From contig JAQOWU010000005.1 in NCBI GenBank assembly GCA_030867685.1, forward strand, positions 1 to 36,862: a stretch of DNA of 36,862 bases, in the 5' to 3' direction. The notes under the pieces are model-generated. The model saw nothing but the letters and a program-made list of their open reading frames with translations. It made no database searches and was not told the origin of the DNA. Every line of letters begins with the position of its first letter. Position 1 is the stretch's first letter. Positions 9,756 to 20,353 of the stretch are shown here, piece after piece. Both the position numbers and the translations under genes were made by a program. Source of the stretch: Wickerhamiella versatilis (Eukaryota).

Positions 9756-10019
9756 ACCACGAGTTTCTGATAATAGAATGCTCGCCACTTTGAATTCGAA
9801 AAAATAATCAGTCGCCCAGATTGCTTTACTCATAATAGGGTATTCAGTACCCAATATTTAAATTTATTCGTTATCATGTCTCTAATTAGTACACAGTGAG
9901 AAACTGATTAGCTACTGCTGGTATAGAAGCAAGGTACCTGACCCATATTTATAACGTCAAATTACCATTCTTAAGATTGATTCTAAAACGGTATGTCATT
10001 AAGCTACATAGATAAGCTA
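9756..10019 (-). pseudogene. Duplicated 3' fragment of the membrane-protein gene at 31867-32870
   Basis: 264-nt ungapped direct repeat of 31749-32012 (~28 mismatches by hand count, ~89%). Translation in the homologous frame has two premature TAA codons. Confidence 0.75.
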
Positions 10020-10530
10020 CGGAAACAATTCGTACAAAAATCGAGCAAGAATTTAGTAAAACGAACCGAAATAGGGTCGGCGATATGGTATAATTTGAGT
10101 CTTATAGTGGAAAATAAAAATGCACCTTATCACTATGACGATTCAATATATATGCATACAAAAAGCCAGACATGGAATAAAATTCATTTATTGCTCTGAT
10201 AGTTTGCCACAGTGGGCTATCTTGCATCAAGTAAAGCAAAACGTAATGATCGATCATCTTGCTTAATCCATGCGCAAATGCTTGTAACTACAATTGATAA
10301 GCTCTCACGCATTGCTCAAATCCTTCCAGACAAAGAAATGAGCTGTGGTATAAATGAATAACTAAGAGACAAATTGCCCGTTGATTAATCATAAACCTAA
10401 GATGTGGTAATCTTGCATATATTGCATATCCCGTGCAAAACTAAAAGGTACGCAGCTGGCCTCTGACTGGGAGTTATCTAAACTTGTACACTTAATTAAT
10501 ATACCTATTTACTCCCAGGAAATCTCACAC

Positions 10531-10565
10531 TGTTCAACCAGTCTCAGGTAGTGAAGTGGGCTATC
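10531..10565 (+). repeat. 41-nt dispersed repeat, permuted copy spanning the unit junction
   Basis: TGTtCAACCAGTCTCAGGTAGTGAA|GTGGGCTATC; another partial copy AGTGGGCTATCTTGCAT at 10211-10227. Confidence 0.88.
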
Positions 10566-10713
10566 CAACATCATTAACTTGGTCATATGCAGTAATGTTG
10601 CATATACACTGCCTCGTTACACCTTAAAAAAGTTGGTTGGACAGTCTTTCATATTACTCACCCTATTCTTGTATTGTGCCTGTCGAAATTTCTTTGTGCA
10701 ATGGATCCAGTAG

Positions 10714-11340
10714 ACTTTCACTGTCAAGGAATGGTTTAAATCACATGACCCCGGTACTTTCACCTATAGATACCGCGACGACGACCTGGAAGATGCTCTT
10801 GAACTTGCTGTGGATTACAAACGTATCGACCAGGAGATTGTTGAGCAAATAATCACTCAGCTTGGTAATGATGCTGATGATTGGTGGTATGTTGTGGACG
10901 ACTTTTCTGACATACGTGTATGTAACCTAAATAATGACACTGAGGAAGCATGTGTATTTATTCGGACCCTTGTGAAAAATGCGATGGAAAAACTGAAGCT
11001 CTACTCGAATCTACCATTATTGAAACCGTGTAATGCCTCCTCCTACAAGGCCATGGTTGAATCCTTGGCCGAGCGTGCTCCTTTGGTGGACGAGCGAATG
11101 AGGGACGTTAGCCACGGAAAGCTCCCCGATATCTTCACCCTCTTTGAATTTTCTTCTCAACTAGAAGATATAGGAAAGATTACCCGACATCGTACTAACT
11201 TTGACTGGGGATACCTTTGTGGGGAATCGCTCGATCATTATTACCTTACTCATGCACTTCATCGTAGTGGAAATTTTCTCAAACCAGGTGCCCCACGTAG
11301 GAAATCTGTTGATCTCTGTGTCTGGTGGTGGGAAGATTGA
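10714..11340 (+). CDS. Hypothetical protein, probably frameshifted at the 5' end
   Basis: Frame open from 10714 (TFTVKEWFKSHDPG...LELAVDYKRID...) to 11340 with protein-like composition. The nearest upstream ATG (10701) is one base out of frame. Confidence 0.5.
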   Translation, partial: TFTVKEWFKSHDPGTFTYRYRDDDLEDALELAVDYKRIDQEIVEQIITQLGNDADDWWYVVDDFSDIRVCNLNNDTEEACVFIRTLVKNAMEKLKLYSNLPLLKPCNASSYKAMVESLAERAPLVDERMRDVSHGKLPDIFTLFEFSSQLEDIGKITRHRTNFDWGYLCGESLDHYYLTHALHRSGNFLKPGAPRRKSVDLCVWWWED

Positions 11341-11794
11341 TAGTACTGGTGGTGGTCAATTAAGAACTCAGCAACTCCTGTTATCGTTCAATATGAAAAT
11401 TGACGGTTACCAACCACTCCACAATCGAGCTCTGTACCAAATACTAGAGCCAAAAATCTTAGGTTTATCATGTAGTGCCAAGAACCCTGTAGTGTGGTTA
11501 TTGTGAATTGTTATAATTTCATAATCGGGTTACAATCTTGTAACCTACCCAATGTCTTCTCATGACTTGCTATTGCCAATGCTGCGACACTGGTAAAGCA
11601 AGATTGATTTATCTGCTTTTCACCGATTCATCCTGAGACTAGTTAGTATCTTGGTGCCTGGGATAGTGTGTGTTCTTGGATACATAGTGCAACCTAAACG
11701 ATACCTGAGAAGTACGTGATTCAATGTTGCCGAACCTTCGCAATTAGCCAACTTGGCAGGTTTCGGCTGGCGCTCGGTCTAGAATCAGCGAGGC

Positions 11795-13693
11795 CTAAGA
11801 CTTTACTTTTTTAAACCATAAGTAAACTGGATCCGTCCTATAAGGTTGTACACCTTTCGTTACAATTTTGTCCATTTCATCCAGAGAGTAGCCATGGGTC
11901 TCTGGGACAAAGAAGAAGGTGAAAATTGCAGCCAGCATTCCAAATACCGCGTAGATTACGTATGTTTTCCATTGAATATTTATAAAGCCAGCAGGACATG
12001 ACACAGTGATGATGAAGTTAAACAACCAGTTAGTGGCTGAACCCAGGCCATTGCCAATCCCACGTTGACTGGGAGGAAATATTTCGGAAAGATAGACCCA
12101 ACCTACTCCCCCCCAGGTAATGGCAAAAACAGCTAGGTATATTATCGAAAATGCCAATGTAGCTTTTCCAGCAGACTTCTTTGTGATCTGCTGGCGAATT
12201 GTCGGGTCGCAGGTATAGTCGTCCCCTTCACCAGTACATAACCCTTCCTTTCCCAGAATCTGCCCATACTTACCGGTTAAGCCTGCTATTATACACATGC
12301 ATGTGCACATACCCAATGCGCCGCCTATAAACACCCACCGTCGTGACCAGCGGTCGACCCAAAACGTGGTAGGCAGGGTCATACCAAAATTAACTGCAAA
12401 CCAGATCGTGGTGAAACGAAATACGTCAATATCTGAAAATCCAGACATACGAACTATGGGGCCAGCGTAATACATAACTATGTTTGTTCCCACAAGTTGG
12501 GAGTTTGCCTGAATGCTTAATGAGGCAATAGTCCTTCTGAAGCTGTGACCCTTAAATAGATCGCTGAAACTTGTTTGCTTTTCTGTTTCTTCCTTAATAG
12601 CCTTCCTATATTCTTCAAGTTCGGTCCTTACCTCCTGAGATTGGGCATCATTTTTTCTTAAAAATGTGAGCACCTCCACACATTTCGACCAGTCGCCCAT
12701 GTTAGCCAGCCATCGAGGGCTTTCGGTTAGAAATAAAGAGCCAGTTAGCCATATGGCGCCAGGAATCATCATAAGGCCCCATGCAAGCTCAACCCCGGCA
12801 CGTGCTCCATTTGCAGTAATGTGAGAGCATCCCCATGCAATTTCATACATTACCAAGATACCTAGAGTATTTGACAACTGAAACATGACTGCCAGTCGTC
12901 CTCGAATGTTTGGTGGGCTTAACTCTTGAAGATACATGGGGACATTGGAGGACGCGAACCCAACGCTAACACCCATAATAATACGACCAATTGACAAAGC
13001 CGTCCTTGCCCCCGTCTCCGAGTGTGGGATTGCAGCTGAGCAGACTTGTATTACCACGCCTATCATCCAGCTAATGCCACCAAGACATATCATATTCTTT
13101 CGACCTAGTGCATCAGAATACATACTGGAGATAATAGATCCAACAAAAGCACCACCTGGATAGGCTGCTGAAACACCACCCTGCTGGATACCAGGAATAT
13201 CGCCATAGATATTATTATAGCCGAGGTTACCGATGAAAGGTGTCATATTACTGCTTGCAGTACCAAAAAGTAGCGCGCCCATTGTAGAGATTACTGCAAT
13301 AATATAAGGATTTCGGAACTTGATTTTTGGCTCGATTTTTCCAAACGGAACTAGGTCGTAAAGTGGACTATAACTTCTAACTCTAGGTAACGTCTTGCTG
13401 GACAGATTTGCTTTCTCCAGCTCAGGAGTGATTATATTATTTCCTGACTGCGTTTCCTCTGAGTTAGGCGTTGACGAAGTACTCGCATCTGTATTACTGG
13501 AATTTGGGAGATATCCACCACTCTTTTCGTTTCGCATTATTTTGAGCGCTAGCTCTTCGTTTATTGCCTCCATCTGGTGAATTTCGTCTCGAATACCTTG
13601 GACGTCCATTTCCATTTGCTGCATTTTCGTATCATACACAGTCCATCTGCTTTGTGGGCTATTAGAAGAACCTGAAGCTTCCAAAGCGCTCAT
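11795..13693 (-). CDS. Sugar porter family MFS transporter (high-affinity glucose transporter Hgt1-like) with long N-terminal extension
   Basis: SDALGRK, GRIIMGVSVG, YLQELSPPNIRG, ESPRWL, QLVGTNIVMYY, VDRWSRR, WVYLSEIFP, FVPETHGYSLDEM. Confidence 0.92.
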   Translation of the reverse strand: MSALEASGSSNSPQSRWTVYDTKMQQMEMDVQGIRDEIHQMEAINEELALKIMRNEKSGGYLPNSSNTDASTSSTPNSEETQSGNNIITPELEKANLSSKTLPRVRSYSPLYDLVPFGKIEPKIKFRNPYIIAVISTMGALLFGTASSNMTPFIGNLGYNNIYGDIPGIQQGGVSAAYPGGAFVGSIISSMYSDALGRKNMICLGGISWMIGVVIQVCSAAIPHSETGARTALSIGRIIMGVSVGFASSNVPMYLQELSPPNIRGRLAVMFQLSNTLGILVMYEIAWGCSHITANGARAGVELAWGLMMIPGAIWLTGSLFLTESPRWLANMGDWSKCVEVLTFLRKNDAQSQEVRTELEEYRKAIKEETEKQTSFSDLFKGHSFRRTIASLSIQANSQLVGTNIVMYYAGPIVRMSGFSDIDVFRFTTIWFAVNFGMTLPTTFWVDRWSRRWVFIGGALGMCTCMCIIAGLTGKYGQILGKEGLCTGEGDDYTCDPTIRQQITKKSAGKATLAFSIIYLAVFAITWGGVGWVYLSEIFPPSQRGIGNGLGSATNWLFNFIITVSCPAGFINIQWKTYVIYAVFGMLAAIFTFFFVPETHGYSLDEMDKIVTKGVQPYRTDPVYLWFKKVKS

Positions 13694-14169
13694 CTAAACA
13701 CAAAAAAATAAAGTGGTAAGCAAGCTGTGTTCCTTATGTTATTAATGTTCAAACTCACTGTTGGCCAGGGCAAAGACCTATTGCTAGCGGACGAGCGGTT
13801 AACATTATAGTCCAGACTCCGAACCCCGGAACAAGTAGTCTGCTAGCTATTGAAGTTTATTCGTCCTACTCTCAAAGCCTCGCTAGATAAGGGAGGGTCT
13901 GTTTTCGTATTCATTCCCTCAACAGAAAACGGTTTGTCATGGTCATTAATTAGAGACATGGGCCGGGCATTCAGGTTAAAAACTATAGCTACTCTGGTTT
14001 TGAACCCAATCCAACAAAATTCTAGTATTTTTCTTTAATTTGTACCCATTAATATATTTCCAACCTCTCTTAACTGTCTATTGAGATCTTTCAACAATAG
14101 CTCATATACATTCTCGGGAATGTCGTATAGCTAGGTCTAGGGTGTTTTTATCATCCAAGGCAATCAAGT

Positions 14170-14181
14170 GTGGGGCTCCAC
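14170..14181. promoter_or_regulatory. Inverted pair of Mig1/CreA-type SYGGRG boxes upstream of the sugar transporter
   Basis: GTGGGG (14170-14175) abutting CTCCAC (reverse complement GTGGAG), ~480 nt upstream of ATG 13693. Confidence 0.35.
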
Positions 14182-14721
14182 ATTATCGAATGGCCATCGG
14201 TAAGCCGATTGTCACTCTATTAGCATTAATCCGATATATTTTATTCATTACATAGCCAAGAATGGGATCCTCTATTAATAGAACTGCCCACCACTGGAAA
14301 CGTAGTGCAAACTGAGGTATTCCCTATCGCAGAGCATACAAGGCAAGATAGCCCCACTTACCTAAGATCCACTATATAGTAATTTTTTGGAAGCTGTTAT
14401 ACGTGAAATAGTTGTCGCAGAGGTGAAAATACCAGATTGGTGATTTTTTAGTGGATGATAATGGCTCGACCAATACTACTATAATGACATTCATTCTAGA
14501 TAGAAAGATAAACAATGAAATCCATTAATTAATTATTCAGAAACATCGATCTATATTATGTGCATCATATTATCTGGCAAAGTGTAGGGCAGCTCTCTAA
14601 ATGTTGAGGGTGCACAGGATTTTCATTGACAGGCGAGTATATCACTATTAAACATGCACCTCTTTCATATTCAATTTAATCTTCACTAAATGTAAATTAT
14701 CCTTCAAGTATTATAGTTATG

Positions 14722-15198
14722 TCAAATCTCTTCACTTATATCCTGCGGGACAACAGACACAGCGGTTACGCAACAAGTCACTTGATATATATCCACAGTT
14801 TGTCCAATACTTTCCAAATCAAACCGAAGTCCACATGCTGCATTTGCTCCTGTTGCCTTTACGCCTGTGATCATTCGATCGATCGCTTCTTCACGTGCCA
14901 TTTGAATTAGACTAGTAAGCCTGTAGAGTTCTTCGCTGACTTTTCCCCTGATTCCTCCCTTACTTGCCTCTCTTTCTTCTCCACCACTTTTTAACATGTT
15001 GAAATTCATACCTCTTCTCGCCGTCGCGCCAAATACAACACCATGATTCTTGACGATTTCGAACCCAGGAACATCCTCTGTAGTCGATAGAACTATGCCC
15101 CCATCTTGTTCCGGGTCTGCTATACTATATGGAGGTGGGGGTTCGGGCTGACCTATGTCCTGCTTGGGCTTTTCTGATTTATCAAGCATGGTAGTCAC
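14722..15198 (-). CDS. YbjQ/UPF0145 family protein with N-terminal PPxY motif
   Basis: VLSTTEDVPGFEIVKNHGVVFG...AREEAIDRM...GANAACGLRFD...TAVSV matches the YbjQ pattern; PPPPY near the N-terminus. Confidence 0.85.
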   Translation of the reverse strand: MTTMLDKSEKPKQDIGQPEPPPPYSIADPEQDGGIVLSTTEDVPGFEIVKNHGVVFGATARRGMNFNMLKSGGEEREASKGGIRGKVSEELYRLTSLIQMAREEAIDRMITGVKATGANAACGLRFDLESIGQTVDIYQVTCCVTAVSVVPQDISEEI

Positions 15199-15370
15199 TT
15201 AAATGCTTTAGTAATCTGATTGTTTGCTTGTATATAGAATAGATTTTGCAGGCAGAAGTACACCTATATAAAGTAAATCGGAGATGGTCTGGTGTTTATA
15301 CGTTTGAGACCATCGATAAATCTTGACAATGTACGATAAGCTTCAAGTATTAGGGCCGTATCAAATCAGT

Positions 15371-15823
15371 TTACTTACGTCCCTTGGGGACAACGGATAC
15401 AGCGGTTGCACAACAACACACCTGAGATATATTAGTATGTCCAATGTATTCTGAATCAAACCGAATCCCACATGCTGCATTTGCACCAGTTGCCTTAACA
15501 CCCGCGATCATTCGCTCCACTGCTTCTTCAAATGTGACTTGAACTAGACTCGTCTGCATGTAAAGTTCTGAGCTTGTTAAGCCCCTCTTTCCTTCCTCTC
15601 CATCTTTTTTTCCTTCGTCTGTTAACATCATTGAAAAATTCTTACCTCTTCTCACCGTCGTGCCAAATACAACACCATGGTTCTTGTCGATCTTAAACCC
15701 GGGGATCTCTCCTGTAGTTGATAGAATTATATCCCCGTCTTGATTCGAACTCATTATACTATATGGAGGTGGAAGCACTACCTGATCTAACTCCTTCTGA
15801 AGCTTTCTGAATTTATCAAACAT
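15371..15823 (-). CDS. YbjQ/UPF0145 family protein, tandem paralog
   Basis: ILSTTGEIPGFKIDKNHGVVFG...GVKATGANAACGIRFD...TAVSV; LPPPY motif; clear DNA similarity to 14722-15198. Confidence 0.85.
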   Translation of the reverse strand: MFDKFRKLQKELDQVVLPPPYSIMSSNQDGDIILSTTGEIPGFKIDKNHGVVFGTTVRRGKNFSMMLTDEGKKDGEEGKRGLTSSELYMQTSLVQVTFEEAVERMIAGVKATGANAACGIRFDSEYIGHTNISQVCCCATAVSVVPKGRK

Positions 15824-16132
15824 GAGAGTAACCAGGTTGCTTAGTAATGTGGTTGCTGACGCAAATCCATATAGGGTTCAAATAACACTGTGTATATACG
15901 TATTGTGAAATAAATATTGCGTCAAGCAAAGGCAACCTAAGGAGTTTCTGCTGTGGATTATTTTTTTCTTGACCCTGGTTTTCCTTCCCTTCTTCAATCA
16001 ATATCAAGTTTTTTCACCAAGACAAATCTCCACCTCCTATAATGTCAAATCACGAAGCACAAATTTCGTACTGTCATCAGGTTAATACTTTAGAGCCAAT
16101 AATTACTAGATGTTACCACAAGAGTCTTTGAT

Positions 16133-16227
16133 CAGCAGCCGCCCGGTTTGCTGCATAGACAGTCTAATCATCAAAGTATGACGTGAGTTTAGCATATGGT
16201 CAGCTTAACCATATTACTCGTCACCAC
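16133..16227 (+). repeat. ~95-nt direct repeat of 33414-33506
   Basis: cagcagccgcccggtttgctgcat...tatgacgtgagtttagcatATGgtcagcttaaccatattactcgtcaccac versus agccagcagcctggtttctgcat...tatgacgtagtttagcgtATGgtcagattattcatattactcatcaacac. Confidence 0.7.
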
Positions 16228-16940
16228 TAGTGCCATTATCGTGTATAGAAGTCCATTTCTAGTTCGAACTAAATACACCGGGCACATATTGCCACCTGCT
16301 GTTTACATTGTTGAGCGACATATAAAGGGTAGCCCACATATCCAAGTGATAGAAAACTGATACATAACAGCATTCTACATGCGATTAACCCTATAACTTG
16401 AGTGGGCTATCTTGCATCTTGCGCTTTGCATTTTGTATCTCATTATACACTGCGGCTGGCAACGAACGAAGTTATCTCGCATACCGTATGCAAGACCAGG
16501 GCAGGGGTAGTGAAGGTCCGAACAGTTAATTTGTCGGCAAGAAAGTAGCCCATGCCGCAAAGGATTGTCCAAAATTGTCCAAAATACCAGTAGTGAAATG
16601 GCTATCGAAGATTATTGCTCCCTAAGCTATGCAGGAAACACAATGGCGGCACCTAAATAAGGTATCTCGATAAGAGGTTCGTTTCTGTGGATATGGCACT
16701 GAAGGCCATGAATAATGTCCCCTAAACAGTGATCAGAGGTATCATCAAGAGCAATTATGAGACTGCCATTGTTTGGATAGAATATGTCCAATGAGAGTAG
16801 TCCTGAGCTTCACTGTTTCAGCATATCTGAAGTGGCCCAGGAAGCTAAATATACTCCAATACTATGAACGAGATGCCCAACTGATTAAGTTCAATCTCAG
16901 GGTCATACCTGTTTGTTTAATGCAGCTAGTCCAATCTGCA

Positions 16941-16972
16941 ACCTGAAACTGGTGGGACAATTCAAGATAGCC
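16941..16972 (-). repeat. 41-nt dispersed repeat, partial copy
   Basis: Reverse complement GGCTATCTTGaATTGTCCcACCAGTtTCAGGT. Further partial copies at 14343-14359 (-), 16401-16417 (+), 16574-16606 (+) and 17790-17799 (+). Confidence 0.75.
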
Positions 16973-18332
16973 TCCCAAATTGGTTGCACTCCCCAGCACT
17001 AGCCCTGGCCTGTATATATGTCTGCAAACATACATTATGACATTTCTACCAAGAGCTGCTAGTTATTGTGCTTTTCGTGGTCGTGTTCAATGCCACTGAT
17101 AACAGGGAGGCTTCCAATTATGGTAACAAGCGTCTGTCGCTGTAACTTCTGTCGTTTGGGAGCATCTAGAATATTGACCGCATCTCGCCTAATATTGTCT
17201 TTTCTTGTACTGCCTAAACAATTCCACAAAAAGGATGGCCATGGCCATGCATGTTTGTGTAATTGTATCGTGTTACTAATTTATTATCACAAACAAACAT
17301 TCAGTTGATATTAATCTGTCGGATCACGTCGCGTAAGTTATCTATAGGCAGACTTGTTAAGTTTCGTGGACGACTAGTTCACTAAAGAGTATAGCTTGGC
17401 ATCGGAAGCATTTGGCTTCTGAAAATTTTTAGTGGAGCACCACGGTACCGTTGAACCGGGGGGTGAGATGTGGGGGTGTCATGCCTGCATAGTGGCCACC
17501 CTCCACCGCAGGTATCCTCTGGTAGCCCGATACATAATTGATAAAAGTATGTGCCTCAGCGCAATTAACCCATTCTGATTACAACTTATGAATTATTTAC
17601 TGCTGTTACTATAGCAGGAGCATGGAAGGAGTAGCGAGCGGTTATGATGATGCTGTGATTGGTACATCCTCCATTTAACTTCCGATTCGTTTGAAAATCT
17701 TCTGTTTCACATGATTTCGCATTATAACTAGTCTAAGGTATGAGCATGAATGGGCGTAAGTTATCTCGCGGTTGGTTTAGGGTGATGATGTGGGCTATCA
17801 TCAAAAACTCATAGATACCAAGTTGCTAATCATTTACCTCATACTCGTACTCAAGAATTGATCGACTATCTCTTACGAATCTTGTTTATTCGAACCAAAG
17901 GCTTTGACCACTCTTTCAGACGAAGTTGGATAACCACGTCCTGCACCGACTTCTATTCTTATCTCTAATGCCGTAATACGTATCCAGGTAAGAACAATAT
18001 AAAAATACTCCACTCACACTAGTCGAGTTTTTAGTGTGCACCCGAAATACTGGGGCCCCGGGGCCCCGGTAATAATAGCCCGTGCCCTGGTTGTGTTTCT
18101 GGCCTCAGTTCCACTTAAAATCAGTTGTTCTAACCGCTCATCGGGATGTCTGGGAGTAAGGTTTTTAGAATTTAGTTCAGTTAACAATGGGGTGCATTAT
18201 AATACAAACCATACCAAGGCATCTGAACTAAGGAGATAACACTATGTATCGTTAGGTAATGGACGATCAGTTAAGTATACAAGAAGCACACACCCTGCAG
18301 AGCATTATTAGCTATCTCAATTCAGCTTCATT

Positions 18333-19181
18333 ATGAAAGTAACGGAAACGGAAGTACGAATTGGTCATGTCTCAGGAAGTTTGTGTACCTCCAGTTCTAC
18401 GAAATCAAAGAAGTTAGTGGTGTTATTGCATGGCTGGCCGGGGCAGAAAAACTCATTTTATCAAAGAGATCTGGCAAAAACTATACCCAAAGTGCTTGGG
18501 TTCTCTACGTATCGCTTTGATTCTCGCAACCGCGGAGCGAGTGACCGGGTCCCAACTCCACCTGGTAGGACGACTGCCGGTGATTCAGAAGACATAAGCG
18601 AGGTAATAGACTATTTCGAAAATAAGGGGTTTGAATTGTATTCACTGATTTCTCATAGTCGAGGCACGTATGTAATGCTCCACTATCTGTATACTACACG
18701 AAAGCGTGTGCCCTGTGTCGTGAATTGTGCAGGTTGCATTTATTTCCCCACATTTATGAAAGCTCTTTTAGAATTTTATGGTCCAGGTTTCATAAAAAAT
18801 GATGGAGTTAGCTATGCCATTGATTATGACGGTAAATATATTCGAGAGCCTGTTCCCTTAGCGGAGATTTTGGATTTAGGGCAGTACAACTTCAGAGAAT
18901 TAACCTCAGCATATAAAGGTCAGGTCTTAACCGTACGCGGGTCAGAAGATTTGTTATTACCTGAAGTCGATGTTCTAAATTTTGCATCTATGTTTCACGG
19001 AAGGCACACATTAGAGGTGGTGGAAGGAGCAAATCATTTTTTTGAAGGTGGTGTCATAGGCACAGAGGTCGATAAGTCCAGCGGAAAATTGAAAAGAGTA
19101 AAGAAAAGTTACGTACCTCAGGTCATTGATATCATAACTAATTACTTGCTACGCTGTTCACAGTCTGATTCGCGTCTCTGA
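18333..19181 (+). CDS. Alpha/beta hydrolase with C-terminal PTS1 (SRL)
   Basis: VVLLHGWPG, YRFD.RNRGAS, ISHSRG nucleophile elbow, VRGSEDLL, VEGANHFF; ends in -SRL. Confidence 0.88.
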   Translation: MKVTETEVRIGHVSGSLCTSSSTKSKKLVVLLHGWPGQKNSFYQRDLAKTIPKVLGFSTYRFDSRNRGASDRVPTPPGRTTAGDSEDISEVIDYFENKGFELYSLISHSRGTYVMLHYLYTTRKRVPCVVNCAGCIYFPTFMKALLEFYGPGFIKNDGVSYAIDYDGKYIREPVPLAEILDLGQYNFRELTSAYKGQVLTVRGSEDLLLPEVDVLNFASMFHGRHTLEVVEGANHFFEGGVIGTEVDKSSGKLKRVKKSYVPQVIDIITNYLLRCSQSDSRL

Positions 19182-19299
19182 AGAGCTAATACCATGTCTA
19201 CCCTCCATATGGTCTGGCGTTTTCAATGAGAAGACTAATTCAGAACGAACTCGCTTTGGCAAACTTGAGCGAATCCTTGTTTTTCCTGGGTTCTGACGA

Positions 19300-19489
19300 T
19301 GTCCAATCCAACCAAGCCAGTCTCAGATAGTGATGACGTAGTTATAGCCTATAGTGTGTGACCTTATCAGGTCGTGAAGTGGGCTGGCTATCTTGCATGA
19401 TGTGGGGTAAACGTAGCAGCGCCTTGCAACATACGCCACGGTTGTGATCAACGAAGTGGGCTATTGCATTGTCCAACCACTCACAGGTA
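19300..19489 (+). repeat. Three clustered copies of the 41-nt repeat with internal stutters (19300-19333, 19367-19398, 19453-19489)
   Basis: TGTCCAA-tccaaccaag-CCAGTCTCAGaTAGTGA; TCAGGTcGTGAAGTGGGCT-GGCT-ATCTTGCAT; GAAGTGGGCTA--TTGCATTGTCCAACCAcTCaCAGGTA. Confidence 0.85.
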
Positions 19490-19618
19490 ATATTCAGTCT
19501 TATATCTCTTCTATTTAATAGGTGCTACTATACATTACGGTAGAGCCACTATAAACTAGCCTTCACCTGTGACCTCGTCATAAGAAGGAGGTAAGTCTGC
19601 TATTGGCAGCTCTTCTCG

Positions 19619-19975
19619 TCATGCTTGCTTTTGGGGGCGTAGTATCAGAAAGCAGGCCAACGAGAAAATTATTATAAGCACGGGCAGGATCCCAAAGAAT
19701 TTTGCCTTGCTTTCGTTTACATAGAAAGCCTCAAGCACTAGCTTACTTACAAACCAAATGGCAATAAAAATTGGCGAAAGTGACATACCTATTACAATTG
19801 CTAAAAAGATCGACCAACCAAGAGCGTCAATTAACCCGAGGCATCGATACTTAATCCCTGATAATATGTCGGTAGTCTCATTCTTGAGCCATGTTACTGA
19901 TATCATATACCCTATCAATCTCAGTATAGCATCAATCCACAGAATATCCCACAGAGCGAGAACAATAGCAAACAC
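19619..19975 (-). CDS. Small hydrophobic ORF, possible membrane protein fragment
   Basis: 118 aa with ~3 hydrophobic segments; called start is GTG, not ATG. Confidence 0.35.
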   Translation of the reverse strand: MFAIVLALWDILWIDAILRLIGYMISVTWLKNETTDILSGIKYRCLGLIDALGWSIFLAIVIGMSLSPIFIAIWFVSKLVLEAFYVNESKAKFFGILPVLIIIFSLACFLILRPQKQA

Positions 19976-20282
19976 CGCTGGGTGATGTTTGTTAGAAATC
20001 TATCAATCGAAGTTGAATAACAAAGATGTCGGTTCCTTGAATATCTTGACATGGGTCAAATCCTATCAAGATTCGCTTATTTGCCCTAATACCGTGAGTA
20101 TACGCAGGTAGTACAAGTATGACTGTGATATCAAGCACCTTTTTATTACAAATATACTAGGACGAATCTTTAACATTTATTGCTAATTTAAGATACACAG
20201 TACAAAGATACGAGTCAACTTACTCATGATGATCTATATTCAACTATAAATGAAGTAGCAAAAAGGTTACTTTTTTACTTAC

Positions 20283-20309
20283 CTTGCATTTTCCAACCAG
20301 CCTTAGGTA
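20283..20309 (+). repeat. 41-nt dispersed repeat, partial copy
   Basis: CTTGCATTtTCCAACCAGcCTtAGGTA, ~45 nt before ATG 20354. Confidence 0.7.
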
Positions 20310-20353
20310 TTCATCTTTATTACTAATAAAATACCAACTATTTCTTCCCAGAC

